A stretch of 64,000 bases of DNA, taken from the NCBI GenBank assembly GCA_951406725.2, contig OX597835.1, positions 23,684,001-23,748,000 on the forward strand, written 5' to 3'. The notes beneath the pieces were generated by a model. The model was not told where the DNA came from, ran no database searches, and saw only the letters and a program-made list of their open reading frames with translations. The stretch comes from Octopus vulgaris. Lineage: Eukaryota. Both the position numbers and the translations under genes were made by a program. This document shows, one piece after another, positions 63,716 through 64,000 of this stretch (positions within the stretch are counted from its first letter, which is position 1; each line of letters begins with the position of its first letter).

Positions 63716-63929
63716 AAGGCTGCGAGCTGGCAGAATTGTTAGCTGAGCGGTATTTTGTCTGCCGCTACGTTCTGAGTTCAAATTCCGCTGAGGTCGACTT
63801 TGCCTTTCATCCTTTTGGGGTCGATTAAATAAGTACCAGTTACGCACTGGGGTCGATATAATCAACTTAATCCGTTGGTCTGTCCTGTTTGTCCTCTCTG
63901 TGTTTAGCCCCTTGTGGGTAGTAAAGAAA
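63716..63929 (+). mobile_element. SINE family B with perfect 17-bp TSD
   Basis: TSD ctggtatatatttgcac (63699-63715 / 63930-63946). Confidence 0.92.
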
Positions 63930-64000
63930 CTGGTATATATTTGCACCATATCTTTTCTGTTGCTATTTCATAACACAGGCTGAAAGCCTCCAAATCATGT

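Noticed and set aside
1-64000. Hundreds of ORFs rich in YI/CV/HT/poly-T/poly-I
   Set aside because: They are translations of (TA)n, (TG)n, (ATT)n, (ACT)n and (CAT)n microsatellites or of SINE/LINE UTRs, with no splice or homology support.
59372-64000. Fads exon 4 (AQ.GW.QHD His box)
   Set aside because: No matching sequence found; it must lie beyond the window.

Overview
Eukaryotic, AT-rich and extremely repeat-dense DNA, most likely an octopus (coleoid cephalopod) genome. This assignment is inferred from the SINE/RTE repertoire and the gene sequence. The only host gene I can support is the 5' part of a front-end fatty-acyl desaturase (Fads, cytochrome-b5 fusion, delta5/delta6 type) on the + strand. 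It has three phase-0 coding exons (25320-25535, 56524-56670, 59225-59371), a ~31 kb first coding intron, and continues beyond the window. The rest is tRNA-derived SINEs of several modular families, RTE and CR1-like LINE 3' ends, mariner/maT/hAT/piggyBac/Merlin-like DNA transposons and MITEs, Helitrons/Helentron-type elements and microsatellites. Almost all ORFs in the supplied track are microsatellite or repeat artefacts. The most unusual signal is a set of short non-coding elements carrying minimal type-I hammerhead ribozyme motifs with Penelope-like inverted architecture. One has a tRNA-type Pol III head fused to a hammerhead (37294-38383), and another has a compensatory U3:A8 core variant (57193-57904).
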